From Dehalococcoidia bacterium (lineage in GTDB: Bacteria > Chloroflexota > Dehalococcoidia > UBA2979): 64,000 nucleotides of DNA. Made by a program: the position numbers and the translations under genes. Shown here in pieces: positions 48,406 to 57,651 of this stretch. How positions within the stretch are numbered: the stretch's first letter is position 1; each line of letters starts with the position of its first letter. Location: NCBI GenBank assembly GCA_964291495.2, contig OZ219871.1:1472001-1536000 (forward strand). The letters run 5' to 3'. The notes below the pieces were generated by a model. The model was not told where the DNA came from. It worked only from the letters and a program-made list of their open reading frames with translations, and made no database searches.

Positions 48406-49650
48406 ATGAGCGAAACCCTGACCTCGGTCGCCCCTGTCCACGCGGAGCAGGCCGTGCTCGCCGCCGCCGTGCAGCGCGGCGAGCCGGACTGGCTGCTGGA
48501 ACGCCGCGCCGAGGCCGCGCGCGCCTTCGCCGCGCTGCCGCTGCCCACGCCGACGCTGCGCCCCTGGCGCTACACGGACGTGACGCGACTCGACCTCGCG
48601 GCCTTCGCCCCGGCGGATACGCCGGTCACGATCGAGGGCGGCGCCGACGGTGATGCCCCGGATGGCGGCGCCTACGCGGGCACGCTCGCCGGCGCCCTCG
48701 AGGACCGCCGCGCGCTGGTCGCCGATCGCCTCGGCGCGCTCGTGCCGGCGACCGAGGGCAAGTTCATCGCCGCCAACGCCGCGCTCTGGAGCGGCGGCGC
48801 CCTCGTACACGCGCCCGCCGGCCACGCGTTCGGGGAGCCCGTCGTCGTCACGGTCGACGCGAGCGACCTCGCGGATGCGGCGGTGTATCCGCGGCTGCTG
48901 ATCGAGGCCGGTGAGCAGTCCGAGGTCACGGTCGTGCTGCGCACCCGCTCCGGCGACGCTCCGCTGCTCGCCGCGGGCGTGATCGAGATCGCCGTCGCGC
49001 AGGCCGCCCACGTGCGTCTGCTGATCGACGACCGCTGGGGCGCGGCGACGCAGGACTTCACGACGATCCGCGCGCGCCTCGGGCGCGATGCCGACCTGCA
49101 GGTCGCCTCGCTGGCCATTGGCGGCGCGATCCTCAAGCAGACCGTCGAGGTCGTGCTCGAGGGCGAGGGCGCGAACTCCTCGATCCGCGCGGTCGCCCTC
49201 GGCGACGGAGACCAGCACTTCGACTTCGTGACGCTGCAGGACCACGTCGGGCCGCGCACGATCTCGGATGTCGAGGTGAAGGCCGCGCTGGCGGGAGCCT
49301 CGCGTTCGATCTACTACGGCATCACCCGCGTCGAGGAGGGCGCGGCCGGGTCCGAGGCGAACCAGCAGAACCGCAACCTGCTGCTCTCCGGCAATGCCAA
49401 GGCGGACTCCGACCCGGTGCTCGAGATCCTCACCGCCGACGTGATCCGCTGCGGCCACGCGGCGACCGTCGGGCCGGTCGACCAGGACGCGCTGTTCTAC
49501 CTGCAGAGCCGCGGCCTCGACCGCCGCACGGCGCTGCAGCTGCTGGTCAGCGGCTTCTTCCAGTCCGTGGCCCGCGACCTCGCCGTCGAGGGCATGGCCG
49601 ACGACCTCGAGCGCACGGTCTTCGCCAGGCTGGCGCGGGCGGTGCTCTGA
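48406..49650 (+). CDS. sufD: Fe-S cluster assembly protein
   Basis: WRYT, NLLLS..A.ADS.P.LEI, CGHAATVG, FYLQSRG. Confidence 0.93.
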   Translation: MSETLTSVAPVHAEQAVLAAAVQRGEPDWLLERRAEAARAFAALPLPTPTLRPWRYTDVTRLDLAAFAPADTPVTIEGGADGDAPDGGAYAGTLAGALEDRRALVADRLGALVPATEGKFIAANAALWSGGALVHAPAGHAFGEPVVVTVDASDLADAAVYPRLLIEAGEQSEVTVVLRTRSGDAPLLAAGVIEIAVAQAAHVRLLIDDRWGAATQDFTTIRARLGRDADLQVASLAIGGAILKQTVEVVLEGEGANSSIRAVALGDGDQHFDFVTLQDHVGPRTISDVEVKAALAGASRSIYYGITRVEEGAAGSEANQQNRNLLLSGNAKADSDPVLEILTADVIRCGHAATVGPVDQDALFYLQSRGLDRRTALQLLVSGFFQSVARDLAVEGMADDLERTVFARLARAVL

Positions 49651-49660
49651 TGGCGCTCGC

Positions 49661-49981
49661 GTGAGCCCCGAACGCGTCGCCGCCGTCGCCGACATCCCCG
49701 AGGGCGAGGTCCGCGTCGTCGAGTGCGGCGGGCGCTCGCTGGCCCTCAGCAACATCGACGGCGAGCTGTTCGCGATCGACAACGTCTGCACGCACGACGG
49801 CGGCCCGCTCGGGGAGGGGCGGCTGCGTCAGGGGCGCGTGATCTGCCCGCGCCACGGCGCCGCCTTCGACGCCCGCACGGGCCGCGCGCTCACGCTCCCC
49901 GCCGTCCGCGGCGTTAGCGCCTACGACGTCAGCGTCGAGGACGGCGCCGCCTGGGTCGAGTGCGAGGAGGCGTCCGCGTGA
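49661..49981 (+). CDS. Rieske-type ferredoxin
   Basis: CTH...L..G ... CPRHGAAFD. Confidence 0.92.
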   Translation: MSPERVAAVADIPEGEVRVVECGGRSLALSNIDGELFAIDNVCTHDGGPLGEGRLRQGRVICPRHGAAFDARTGRALTLPAVRGVSAYDVSVEDGAAWVECEEASA

Positions 49982-51228
49982 ATTCCGACGGCGTCTTCGA
50001 CCTCGACCGCATCCGGCGCGACTTCCCGGTGCTGAAGCGCGAGGTCAACGGCCGCCCGCTGGTCTACCTCGACAACGCCGCGACCTCGCACCGGCCGGTC
50101 CAAGTGATGGCCGAGATCACGCGCTTCTACCGCGACATCAACTCCAACATCCACCGCGGCGTGCACACGCTGTCCGTCGAGGCGACCGAGCGCTTCGAGG
50201 CCGTGCGCGAGCGGATGCGCGCCTTCATCGGCGCGCCCGACACGTCCGAGATCATCTTCACCCGCAACACCACCGAGTCCATCAACCTCGTCGCGCACTC
50301 CTGGGGTCGCACCTTCCTCGAGGCGGGCGACGAGGTGCTGATCAGCGAGATCGAGCACCACTCCAACATCGTGCCCTGGCAGATGCTGCGCGACGAGCGC
50401 GGCATCGCGCTGCGCCACATCCCGATGCTCCCCGACGGCACGCTGGACCTCGCTGAGGCGCGGCGGCTGATCGGGCCGCGCACGAGGCTGCTCGCGATCA
50501 CGCTGATGTCGAACGCCCTCGGCACGATTGTCCCCGTCGCCGAGCTGGCGGAGCTGGCGCGGGCGCAGGGCGCGCGCGTGCTCGTCGATGCGGCGCAGGC
50601 CGCGCCGCACCTGCCGATCGACGTCGGCGATCTGAGCGCGGACTTCCTCGCCTGCTCCGCGCACAAGATGCTCGGCCCCACCGGCGTCGGCGTGCTCTGG
50701 GGCCGCCGCGAGCTGCTGGAGGAGATGCCGCCCTTCCTCGGCGGCGGCGACATGATCGCCAGTGTCAGCCTCGAGCAATCGACCTGGAACGAGCTGCCCC
50801 ACAAGTTCGAGGCGGGCACCCCCAACATCGCCGGCGTGGTCGGCTTCGGTGCGGCGCTCGACTACCTCGAGGCGGTCGGCATGGACGCGATCCGCAGCCA
50901 CGAGGTCGATCTCACGGCGTACGCGCTCGACCGGCTGATCGACGTGCCCGGCGTGACGCTCTACGGGCCGCTCGATCCCGAGCTGCGTGGCGGCGTCGTC
51001 TCGTTCGGCCTCGAGGGCGTACATCCGCACGACATCGGGCAGGTGCTGGACGGTGAGGGTGTAGCGATCCGCGCCGGGCACCACTGCGCGCAGCCCGTGA
51101 TGCGGCGGCTCGACGTGGCCGCCACGGCGCGCGCCTCGTTCTACCTGTACAACACCCGCGAGGAAGTGGACGTGCTGGAGGCTGCCGTGCGCGAGACGGC
51201 CGATTTCTTCGGAGGCTTTGGTGGTTAA
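49978..51228 (+). CDS. sufS: Cysteine desulfurase
   Basis: YLDNAATS, EHHSN.VPW, SAHKMLGPTG, FEAGTP, RAGHHCAQP. Confidence 0.96.
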   Translation: MNSDGVFDLDRIRRDFPVLKREVNGRPLVYLDNAATSHRPVQVMAEITRFYRDINSNIHRGVHTLSVEATERFEAVRERMRAFIGAPDTSEIIFTRNTTESINLVAHSWGRTFLEAGDEVLISEIEHHSNIVPWQMLRDERGIALRHIPMLPDGTLDLAEARRLIGPRTRLLAITLMSNALGTIVPVAELAELARAQGARVLVDAAQAAPHLPIDVGDLSADFLACSAHKMLGPTGVGVLWGRRELLEEMPPFLGGGDMIASVSLEQSTWNELPHKFEAGTPNIAGVVGFGAALDYLEAVGMDAIRSHEVDLTAYALDRLIDVPGVTLYGPLDPELRGGVVSFGLEGVHPHDIGQVLDGEGVAIRAGHHCAQPVMRRLDVAATARASFYLYNTREEVDVLEAAVRETADFFGGFGG

Positions 51229-51709
51229 CCTCGACGATCTCTACCGCGAGATCCTGCTCGACCACTACCGCAACCCGCGGAACCGCGGCCCGCTCGACGT
51301 GGCCAACGCCGCCGCCGACGGCTCCAACCCGCTCTGCGGCGACGAGATCACGCTGGAGCTGCAGCTCGACGACGACGGCCGCATCGCCGACGCGGCGTTC
51401 AGCGGCCAGGGCTGCTCGATCTCGCAGGCCTCGAGCTCGCTGATGACCGAGCACATCAAGGGCCGGAGCAGCGACGAGGCGACATCCGCGATCGACGCGT
51501 TCCAGGCGATGATGGTCGAGGGCGAGGAGGCTCCTGAGGAGCTCGGCGACATCGGGGCGCTGGCCGGAGTGCGGAAGTTCCCGATGCGCGTGAAGTGCGC
51601 CTCGCTCGCCTGGAAGACGCTGGAGCTCGCGCTCGCGCAGCATGGCCGCGACGGCGACGCGCCCCGCGCCACCGTGACGACCGACGAGAGGAGCACGTCC
51701 AATGGCTGA
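51218..51709 (+). CDS. sufU: SUF system NifU-family protein
   Basis: LYREILLDHY, NPLCGD, GCSISQAS, RVKCA.L.W. Confidence 0.94.
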   Translation: MVVNLDDLYREILLDHYRNPRNRGPLDVANAAADGSNPLCGDEITLELQLDDDGRIADAAFSGQGCSISQASSSLMTEHIKGRSSDEATSAIDAFQAMMVEGEEAPEELGDIGALAGVRKFPMRVKCASLAWKTLELALAQHGRDGDAPRATVTTDERSTSNG

Positions 51710-52049
51710 AGCCGCGACCGACGCCCCCGAGGCCGCCTCCGAACGTCCCAGCGAGGAGCAGCTCTGGGAGGTGCTCCGCCAGATCGAGGATCCCGAGCTG
51801 CGGATGGGAATCGCCGATCTGGGTCTGATCTACTACGTCAACATCGACGACGAGGGCCTCGTCACCATCGACATGACGCTGACCAGCCCGGCCTGTCCTG
51901 TGGGGCCGATGCTGCAGGGGCAGGCCTACCATCTGCTCACACAGATGGACGGCGTCGAGGACGTCGAGGTGAACCTCGTCTGGGATCCCCCCTGGGACCC
52001 GAAGACGATGGCCTCCGAAGAGGTGCGGATGCAGCTCGGCATCTGGTAG
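51702..52049 (+). CDS. sufT: DUF59 Fe-S maturation protein
   Basis: DPEL...I.DLGLIY, MTLTSPACP, WDPPW. Confidence 0.88.
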   Translation: MAEAATDAPEAASERPSEEQLWEVLRQIEDPELRMGIADLGLIYYVNIDDEGLVTIDMTLTSPACPVGPMLQGQAYHLLTQMDGVEDVEVNLVWDPPWDPKTMASEEVRMQLGIW

Positions 52050-52139
52050 CCGCGAGCGGCGCGCATTCCGCGTACCATCCGCCCGGCCGGACGGCGTCGG
52101 TCCTCCGGCGCGACAACCGGACAGATCGAGCAGCGCCGC

Positions 52140-53900
52140 ATGAGCAGCCCGCAGCAACCGTCTTCTCGCGTACACAGTCGCCGCGCCGCCCTGCGCTCCG
52201 GCGCCTGGGCCGCCGGTGGCCTGCTGCTTGCGGCCTGCATCCTCGACGATGAAGAGAGCACGCCCGAGGTCGTCGTCGCGGAGCGCGCCGCCGAGCCCCC
52301 CGAGGCGTTCGAGGAAGGGACCACCGCGGAGGCGCCGCCCCTTCGCCCACCGACCCCGACGGCGACGCCCCCCCTGCTCGCGCAGGAGTCGCCCGCCCCG
52401 GAAGGCGAGCGCGGGATCATGCGGCAGGGCGTGGTCGGTGAAGCCGTACCGCCTCTGGCGCTGACCCAGGCACGCCTGGTCGCGGTCGATCAGCGCAACG
52501 GCGAGATCCACGGAGACCTCGCCGTGCGCATCGAGCAGGCGGGCTCGCTCGAGCTGGTCGTGCAGCTGCGCCCGGGCGTCTCGTTCCATCCCCCGCCCGG
52601 CGAGCGGGACGGGCCGCCCCTGGACGCTGCCGCCGTGGCGTCGGACTTCGCGAGCCGCGCCGAGGCGAGAGAGTTTCTCTTCGCGGCGGCGATCGGCACA
52701 GTCGAGACGCCCGAGGCGGACACGCTGCGGCTCAGCCTCAACGCGCCCTTTGCGCTCCTGTTCGAGTTGCTCGGGGATACCGCGAGCGCCGCCGTACGCA
52801 CGGACGAGGTCTCCGAGTTCGGACAGCCGATCGGCGCCGGGCCGTTCATCGCCCGGCGGCGCGCCGACGGCGGCGTCTCGCTGCTGCCGCACGCGCGCTA
52901 CCACCATCGAGGGCTGCCGATGCTCGACGAGCTGCGGATGGTCTCCGCCGAGCGAGCGGAGGCCCTCGATGCTGCCTTCGAGAGCGGGGCGCTCGACATC
53001 AACATGCTCGATGCGCCGGACAGCGTGGCCCGCGCGGAGCAGCGCGAGGGCGCCCGCACGCTGACGCGCTCGACCCGGAGCGTCCGCGGCCTCGGCCTCT
53101 CGCTCGTCGGTACGAAGGACGGCAGGCGCGTGCGCTTCCACCCGGCGTTCCAGGACGAGCGCGTCCGGCGTGCGATCTTCGTCGCCCTCGATCATCGGCG
53201 GCTCGCGCTGCGGGAGGGCGCCGGGGCGGAGTATCCGACGGGCCCGGTCGGCCCATCGTTCGCCGCCGATGCGCTCCCGCGCTACGAGCTCGCCGCGCAT
53301 CCGCTGTTCGGCCACGATCCCGGCGAGGCCCGGAGGCTGCTCGCCGCTGCGGGGGTTCCGAACCTCGCGTTCTCGCTCGAGGCGCCGGACCGGGCGCCGT
53401 TCACCATCCTGGTCCGCGCGCTGGTCCAGCAGTTGCAGGAAGGCGGCTTCAGCCCGCGCTTGAACACCGTGAGCGACGAGCAATGGCGGCGCGACCTGGC
53501 CCGCGGCGACTTCGAGGCGATCCTGTTCGAGCTGGAACCCGTGCGCACGCCCGATGTCGGGCTGCGGCTGCATACCTCCGCGGGACTCAGTGACTTCTCG
53601 CTGTGGGGCTACTCGAACCCGCTCTACGACCTCGCGGTCGAGGAGGCGATGACCGCCCTCGATCCCGCCGATCGGGGTCGCCGCGCGCGCGAGGCGCAGC
53701 GCCTCCTGCTCGACGACGTGCCGGCGTTGGTCCCGCTCACCGAGCCGATCGAGCGAGTCGCCGTCTCGGCCCGCGTCGCCGGCTACTCCTGGAACGCCCA
53801 CGAGTTCAACGAGACCTGGCAAGCCGCGCGCTGGCGCATTCGCGACACCGCAGCGCGCCGCGTGCCGGACGGGGTCGCCGCCTCGGTGGCCGCGCTGTGA
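52140..53900 (+). CDS. Family 5 ABC substrate-binding lipoprotein with Tat-like signal
   Basis: SRRAAL...LLLAAC; GAGPF; FQDERVRRAI. Confidence 0.75.
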   Translation: MSSPQQPSSRVHSRRAALRSGAWAAGGLLLAACILDDEESTPEVVVAERAAEPPEAFEEGTTAEAPPLRPPTPTATPPLLAQESPAPEGERGIMRQGVVGEAVPPLALTQARLVAVDQRNGEIHGDLAVRIEQAGSLELVVQLRPGVSFHPPPGERDGPPLDAAAVASDFASRAEAREFLFAAAIGTVETPEADTLRLSLNAPFALLFELLGDTASAAVRTDEVSEFGQPIGAGPFIARRRADGGVSLLPHARYHHRGLPMLDELRMVSAERAEALDAAFESGALDINMLDAPDSVARAEQREGARTLTRSTRSVRGLGLSLVGTKDGRRVRFHPAFQDERVRRAIFVALDHRRLALREGAGAEYPTGPVGPSFAADALPRYELAAHPLFGHDPGEARRLLAAAGVPNLAFSLEAPDRAPFTILVRALVQQLQEGGFSPRLNTVSDEQWRRDLARGDFEAILFELEPVRTPDVGLRLHTSAGLSDFSLWGYSNPLYDLAVEEAMTALDPADRGRRAREAQRLLLDDVPALVPLTEPIERVAVSARVAGYSWNAHEFNETWQAARWRIRDTAARRVPDGVAASVAAL

Positions 53901-54712
53901 GCACCCCGCCGCCGGCGGAGCTGCGCGATGCCCTCGAGGACGCGGTGCGCGCGGCGGGCGAGGCGATCAGCGCGATCATCGCCGGCGGCCGCGTGCGCGT
54001 GGGCATGAAGTGGGGCGAGGGCCCCGTCACGGAGGCCGACCACGCCGCAGACGAGGTGCTGCACGATCGCCTGATGCCGCTGATCGAGGGCGCACACTGG
54101 CTGTCCGAAGAGTCCGGGCAGTCCGCGCCGATCGTCCCCGGGGAGCCGACCTGGGTGGTCGACCCGCTGGACGGCACGCGCGAGTTCCTGCTCGGGTTGC
54201 CCGAGTACGGCGTCTCGGTCGGGCTGTTCCGGGGCGACGAGCTGGCGCTCGGCGCGGTCGCGCTGCCCCCGCACGGCGGCGGCGGCGAGTGGGTGGTGCT
54301 ATCGGGCCTCCTCGAAGGCGACGGTGGCGTCGCCCGCCGCGACGGCGATCCGCTGCCGCCGATCGAGGACGGGCCGGATGTCGGGCGTGTCGTGGTCTCG
54401 CGGCACGACTATGAGCGGCGGCGCTTGCAGTACCAGATCCCGTTCGATGTTCATCCGGCAGGGTCCTCAGTGCTGAAGCTGGCGCAGGTCGCCCTGGGCG
54501 CGGCCGGCGTCTACCTCTCGACGCGCCCTCGCTCGGTGTGGGACGTGGCCGGCGGCGCGGCCGTGGTCGAGGCTGCCGGGGGGGCGCTGCTCGATGCGCG
54601 GGGCGAGCCGCTGCGGCTCTCGCCGCAGCAAATCGGCATCCCGCCCTTCGCCGCCGCCTCGCCCACTCGAGGGCTTGGGTTGCTGCGGGCGATCGGCGCC
54701 GGCCCGCGCTAG
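53897..54712 (+). CDS. Inositol monophosphatase/CysQ family protein
   Basis: VTEAD, LSEE, WVVDPLDGTREF, WDVAGG. Confidence 0.88.
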   Translation: MSTPPPAELRDALEDAVRAAGEAISAIIAGGRVRVGMKWGEGPVTEADHAADEVLHDRLMPLIEGAHWLSEESGQSAPIVPGEPTWVVDPLDGTREFLLGLPEYGVSVGLFRGDELALGAVALPPHGGGGEWVVLSGLLEGDGGVARRDGDPLPPIEDGPDVGRVVVSRHDYERRRLQYQIPFDVHPAGSSVLKLAQVALGAAGVYLSTRPRSVWDVAGGAAVVEAAGGALLDARGEPLRLSPQQIGIPPFAAASPTRGLGLLRAIGAGPR

Positions 54713-54726
54713 GCGGACAGGACAGG

Positions 54727-56124
54727 CTAGTGTGCCGCGCGCCGCCTCGATACTGCGCTGCGCACGCCGGCCGCCGTGTGGCGGCGGCTGCCCGGCTCGG
54801 CGGTCGGCACGCTCGCGCCGATCACGGTGCGGCGGAAGCGCCGGGCGAAGATCAGGATCGCGAGCGCGCCGATGATCACGAGCGTGGCGTAGACGATCTG
54901 CGCGCGTTGCACGCCGATCGCCTCGGCAATCGCGCCGCCCGCGGCCGCGCCCATCAGCATCGTCGCGCGGTCGAAGGCGAGCAGGCCCATCAGGCGCCCT
55001 CGCATCTGGTCCGGCGCGGCGTCCAGCACCACCACCTGGACCAGCGCGAAGATGCCGGACTGGAACAGCCCGACGCCGAAGACGAGCACCAGCGGCAGCA
55101 CCAGCCAGGGACGCCCGAGGGCATCCGGGACGTAGCTGCTGAGCGAGAAGACGATCAGCAGCGCGCCCATCGCGGCCATCATCAGCGGCAGCAGCTGCCC
55201 GAGGTTGCGCGGCGAGCGCGAGGCGATGATCAGCGCCCCGGTCAGCGACCCGAGCCCGGTGATCGACATCATGATCCCGAACCCGAAGGGGCCGATGTCC
55301 AGCACCTCGAGGGCGAACAGCGCCGCGAAGAGGTGCAGGAACGACAGCCCGAACGCGAAGTGGATGAGCGCCAGCGAGATCGCCCCGCGGATCGCGGGCG
55401 TGCCGATCGCGTAGCGCATCGCGTCGCCGAGGCCGGCGAGCATCGCCGCCGCGCCGCTCTCCTCGGGGCGGACGTGCGTCGCCACGCGCAGCAGCGCTGT
55501 CGAGACGACCGCACCGACGTAGATCAGCGCGATCGCGACGAATGCCCCGTCGACGCCGATCACGGCGATGGTGAAGCCGGCGACCGCCGTGCCGAAGATG
55601 CGCATCGAGTTTTGCGTGGCGCTCAGCAGCGCGATCGCGTTCGTGACGCGGTCCGCGGGCACGACGGTCGGCACGAGCGCTTGCCGCGCCGGCTGATCGA
55701 ACGCCATCGTGGTGCCGCGCACCGCGGCGGCCGCGTAGATGTGCCACAGCTCCAGCAGGTCGAAGATCAGCAGCGAGGCGAAGACGACGTTGAGCAGCAG
55801 TGCACCGTACTGCGAGAGCTGCAGCACGAGCTTGCGGTCGAACCAGTCGATCATCACCCCGGCGAGGATGCCGAAGCCGAACTGGGGCAGCGTCCGCGCC
55901 ACGATCACGCCGCCGAGCTGCAGCGGCGACTCGGTCAGCTCGTAGATCAGGTAGGGGCGGGCGATCTGCTCCATCCAGAGCGCCAGCGCGTGGCTGACGA
56001 CCCCGAACCAGAGCAGCCGGAAGTTGCGGATCCGCAGCGAGGAGAAGATGCCCTCGTGGGCCGCATCGCGAGCGGGCGCGGCCGGGTCGGGCGTCTCCCC
56101 GTCCTCGTCGCGCACGCCAGCCAT
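54727..56124 (-). CDS. MFS transporter
   Basis: About 12 TM segments; RNFRLLW, DWFDRK, FDQPARQAL, MRGRLMG. Confidence 0.9.
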   Translation of the reverse strand: MAGVRDEDGETPDPAAPARDAAHEGIFSSLRIRNFRLLWFGVVSHALALWMEQIARPYLIYELTESPLQLGGVIVARTLPQFGFGILAGVMIDWFDRKLVLQLSQYGALLLNVVFASLLIFDLLELWHIYAAAAVRGTTMAFDQPARQALVPTVVPADRVTNAIALLSATQNSMRIFGTAVAGFTIAVIGVDGAFVAIALIYVGAVVSTALLRVATHVRPEESGAAAMLAGLGDAMRYAIGTPAIRGAISLALIHFAFGLSFLHLFAALFALEVLDIGPFGFGIMMSITGLGSLTGALIIASRSPRNLGQLLPLMMAAMGALLIVFSLSSYVPDALGRPWLVLPLVLVFGVGLFQSGIFALVQVVVLDAAPDQMRGRLMGLLAFDRATMLMGAAAGGAIAEAIGVQRAQIVYATLVIIGALAILIFARRFRRTVIGASVPTAEPGSRRHTAAGVRSAVSRRRAAH

Positions 56125-56159
56125 GCCCCGACGCTACCCCGGCCCGCCGGGCGAGTCTA

Positions 56160-57020
56160 GCGAGGCCCGCCCACCCACCCACCCGCCCTCAATGGATGCG
56201 GGGCTGCGCCCCGCGCCCCTCTCCGTGGGGGCTCTGCCCCACACCCCCTCGGAACTATCGAGGGCGCAGCCAACGCCCAAGGGCAGATCCGGCCCCCTCT
56301 CCTGGGGGAGAGGGCGGGGGTGAGGGGGCTCGCCACGGCTGACTGCCGCCTCTGAAGGTTCGTGCGCCGCAGGGCCTCTTGCCCGGCGCGCGTCGGACGA
56401 GCGGGCGCACCGTCTTGCTCTTGACGCGGGGATACCCGCAGGGCCGCTCGGCTGGATTCCGGCTTTCGCCGGAATGACGGGAAAGGGCTCCGGCCCCCTC
56501 TCCTGGGGGAGAGGGCGGGGGTGAGGGGGCTCGCCACGCTTGACTGCCGCCTCTGAAGGTTCGTGCGCCTCAGGGCTTCTTGCCCGGCGCGCGTCGGACG
56601 AGCGGGCGCACCGTCTTGCTCTTGACGCGGGGATACCCGCAGGGCCACTCGGCTGGATTCCGGCTTTCGCCGGAATGACGGGGAGGGGCTCCGGCCCCCT
56701 CTCCCCGAGGGAGAGGGCGGGTGAGGGAGCCTCCGGGCCACGTTGCGCCATCGGGGTCTGTTGCGCTTCGGGGGCTCGGCGGTGGGTTGGCGTGCCTGGA
56801 TTCCGGCTTTCGCCGGAATGACGGGAAGGGCTCCGGCCCCCTCTCCCCGAGGGAGAGGGCGGGGGTGAGGGAGCCTCCGGGCCACGTTGCGCCAACGGGG
56901 CCTGTTGCGCATCGGGCGCTCTCGGGGGCTTGGCGGTGGGTGGGCGTGCCCGGATTCCGGCTTTCGCCGGAATGACGGGAGGGGCCGGATGACGGAAGGG
57001 GCCAGGTGACGGGAAGGGGC
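56160..57020. repeat. Large intergenic mosaic array of alternating family A and B repeats
   Basis: A at 56289, 56490, 56691, 56833; B at 56453, 56654, 56797, 56951; two 201-bp and two ~145-bp related units. Confidence 0.9.
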
Positions 57021-57061
57021 GGGGGCTGCGCCGACTGAGCCGTCGACAGCGCCGGCAAGCG

Positions 57062-57640
57062 CTAGGTCTGGCGAGGCCCGCCCTCGTCGCGCAGCAGCGC
57101 CGCCAGCGCACCGAGGCCGGCGACGCGCCGCACCCGCTCGTCGAGGGGCAGGCCGCGGTTGCGGGGCCAGTCGCGCAGATAGGGCTGCGCCTCGGACCGC
57201 TGGGCGAGCAGCTGCACGGTGCGCCCGTCGTCGTCGATGTGCTCGGCGGCGCCGAGATCGGCGATCGCCTGCAGCTTGAAGTGCGGGCTGCGCAGCGGCG
57301 TCTCGTTGATCACGACGCCGTCGAGCAGCGAGGTGAAGCCGTGCCGCCGCAGCCAGCGATCGGGAGGGCTGCGCCGCCCCGTGAGCAGCAGCAGCGTGCG
57401 CAGCGCGCGCAGCTCCGCCAGCGCCTCGCGCGCGCCGGGCAGCGGCCGGCGCAGCTCGAAGCGAACGGGATCGACGATGCGCTTGAACCAGCGCGCCGGC
57501 ACGCGCGCCGCGGGCGGCGGCGCGTCGGGGTCGAGGAAGGCCCGATGGATGCCGAGGTTGCGGTTGAACGGCGGCTGGCAGATCACGCCGTCCATGTCGA
57601 TGGTCAGCAGCGGCAGTCCGTTGCGCAGTGTCGCCGCCAT
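57062..57640 (-). CDS. HAD superfamily hydrolase-like protein
   Basis: IDMDGV, LTGR, FK, HIDDD. Confidence 0.75.
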   Translation of the reverse strand: MAATLRNGLPLLTIDMDGVICQPPFNRNLGIHRAFLDPDAPPPAARVPARWFKRIVDPVRFELRRPLPGAREALAELRALRTLLLLTGRRSPPDRWLRRHGFTSLLDGVVINETPLRSPHFKLQAIADLGAAEHIDDDGRTVQLLAQRSEAQPYLRDWPRNRGLPLDERVRRVAGLGALAALLRDEGGPRQT

Positions 57641-57651
57641 CGCGCTGCCGG

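Noticed and set aside
56289-56977. Repeat-spacer pattern as a CRISPR array
   Set aside because: Spacers are 70-125 bp and duplicated rather than unique, the repeats are dispersed across the window, and no cas genes are present.
56134-57111. ORFs with repeated PHPRPLP, SFRRKPES and VIPAKAGI peptides (also near 4374-4834 and 61225-62177)
   Set aside because: Translations of the intergenic repeat families, not supported as genes.
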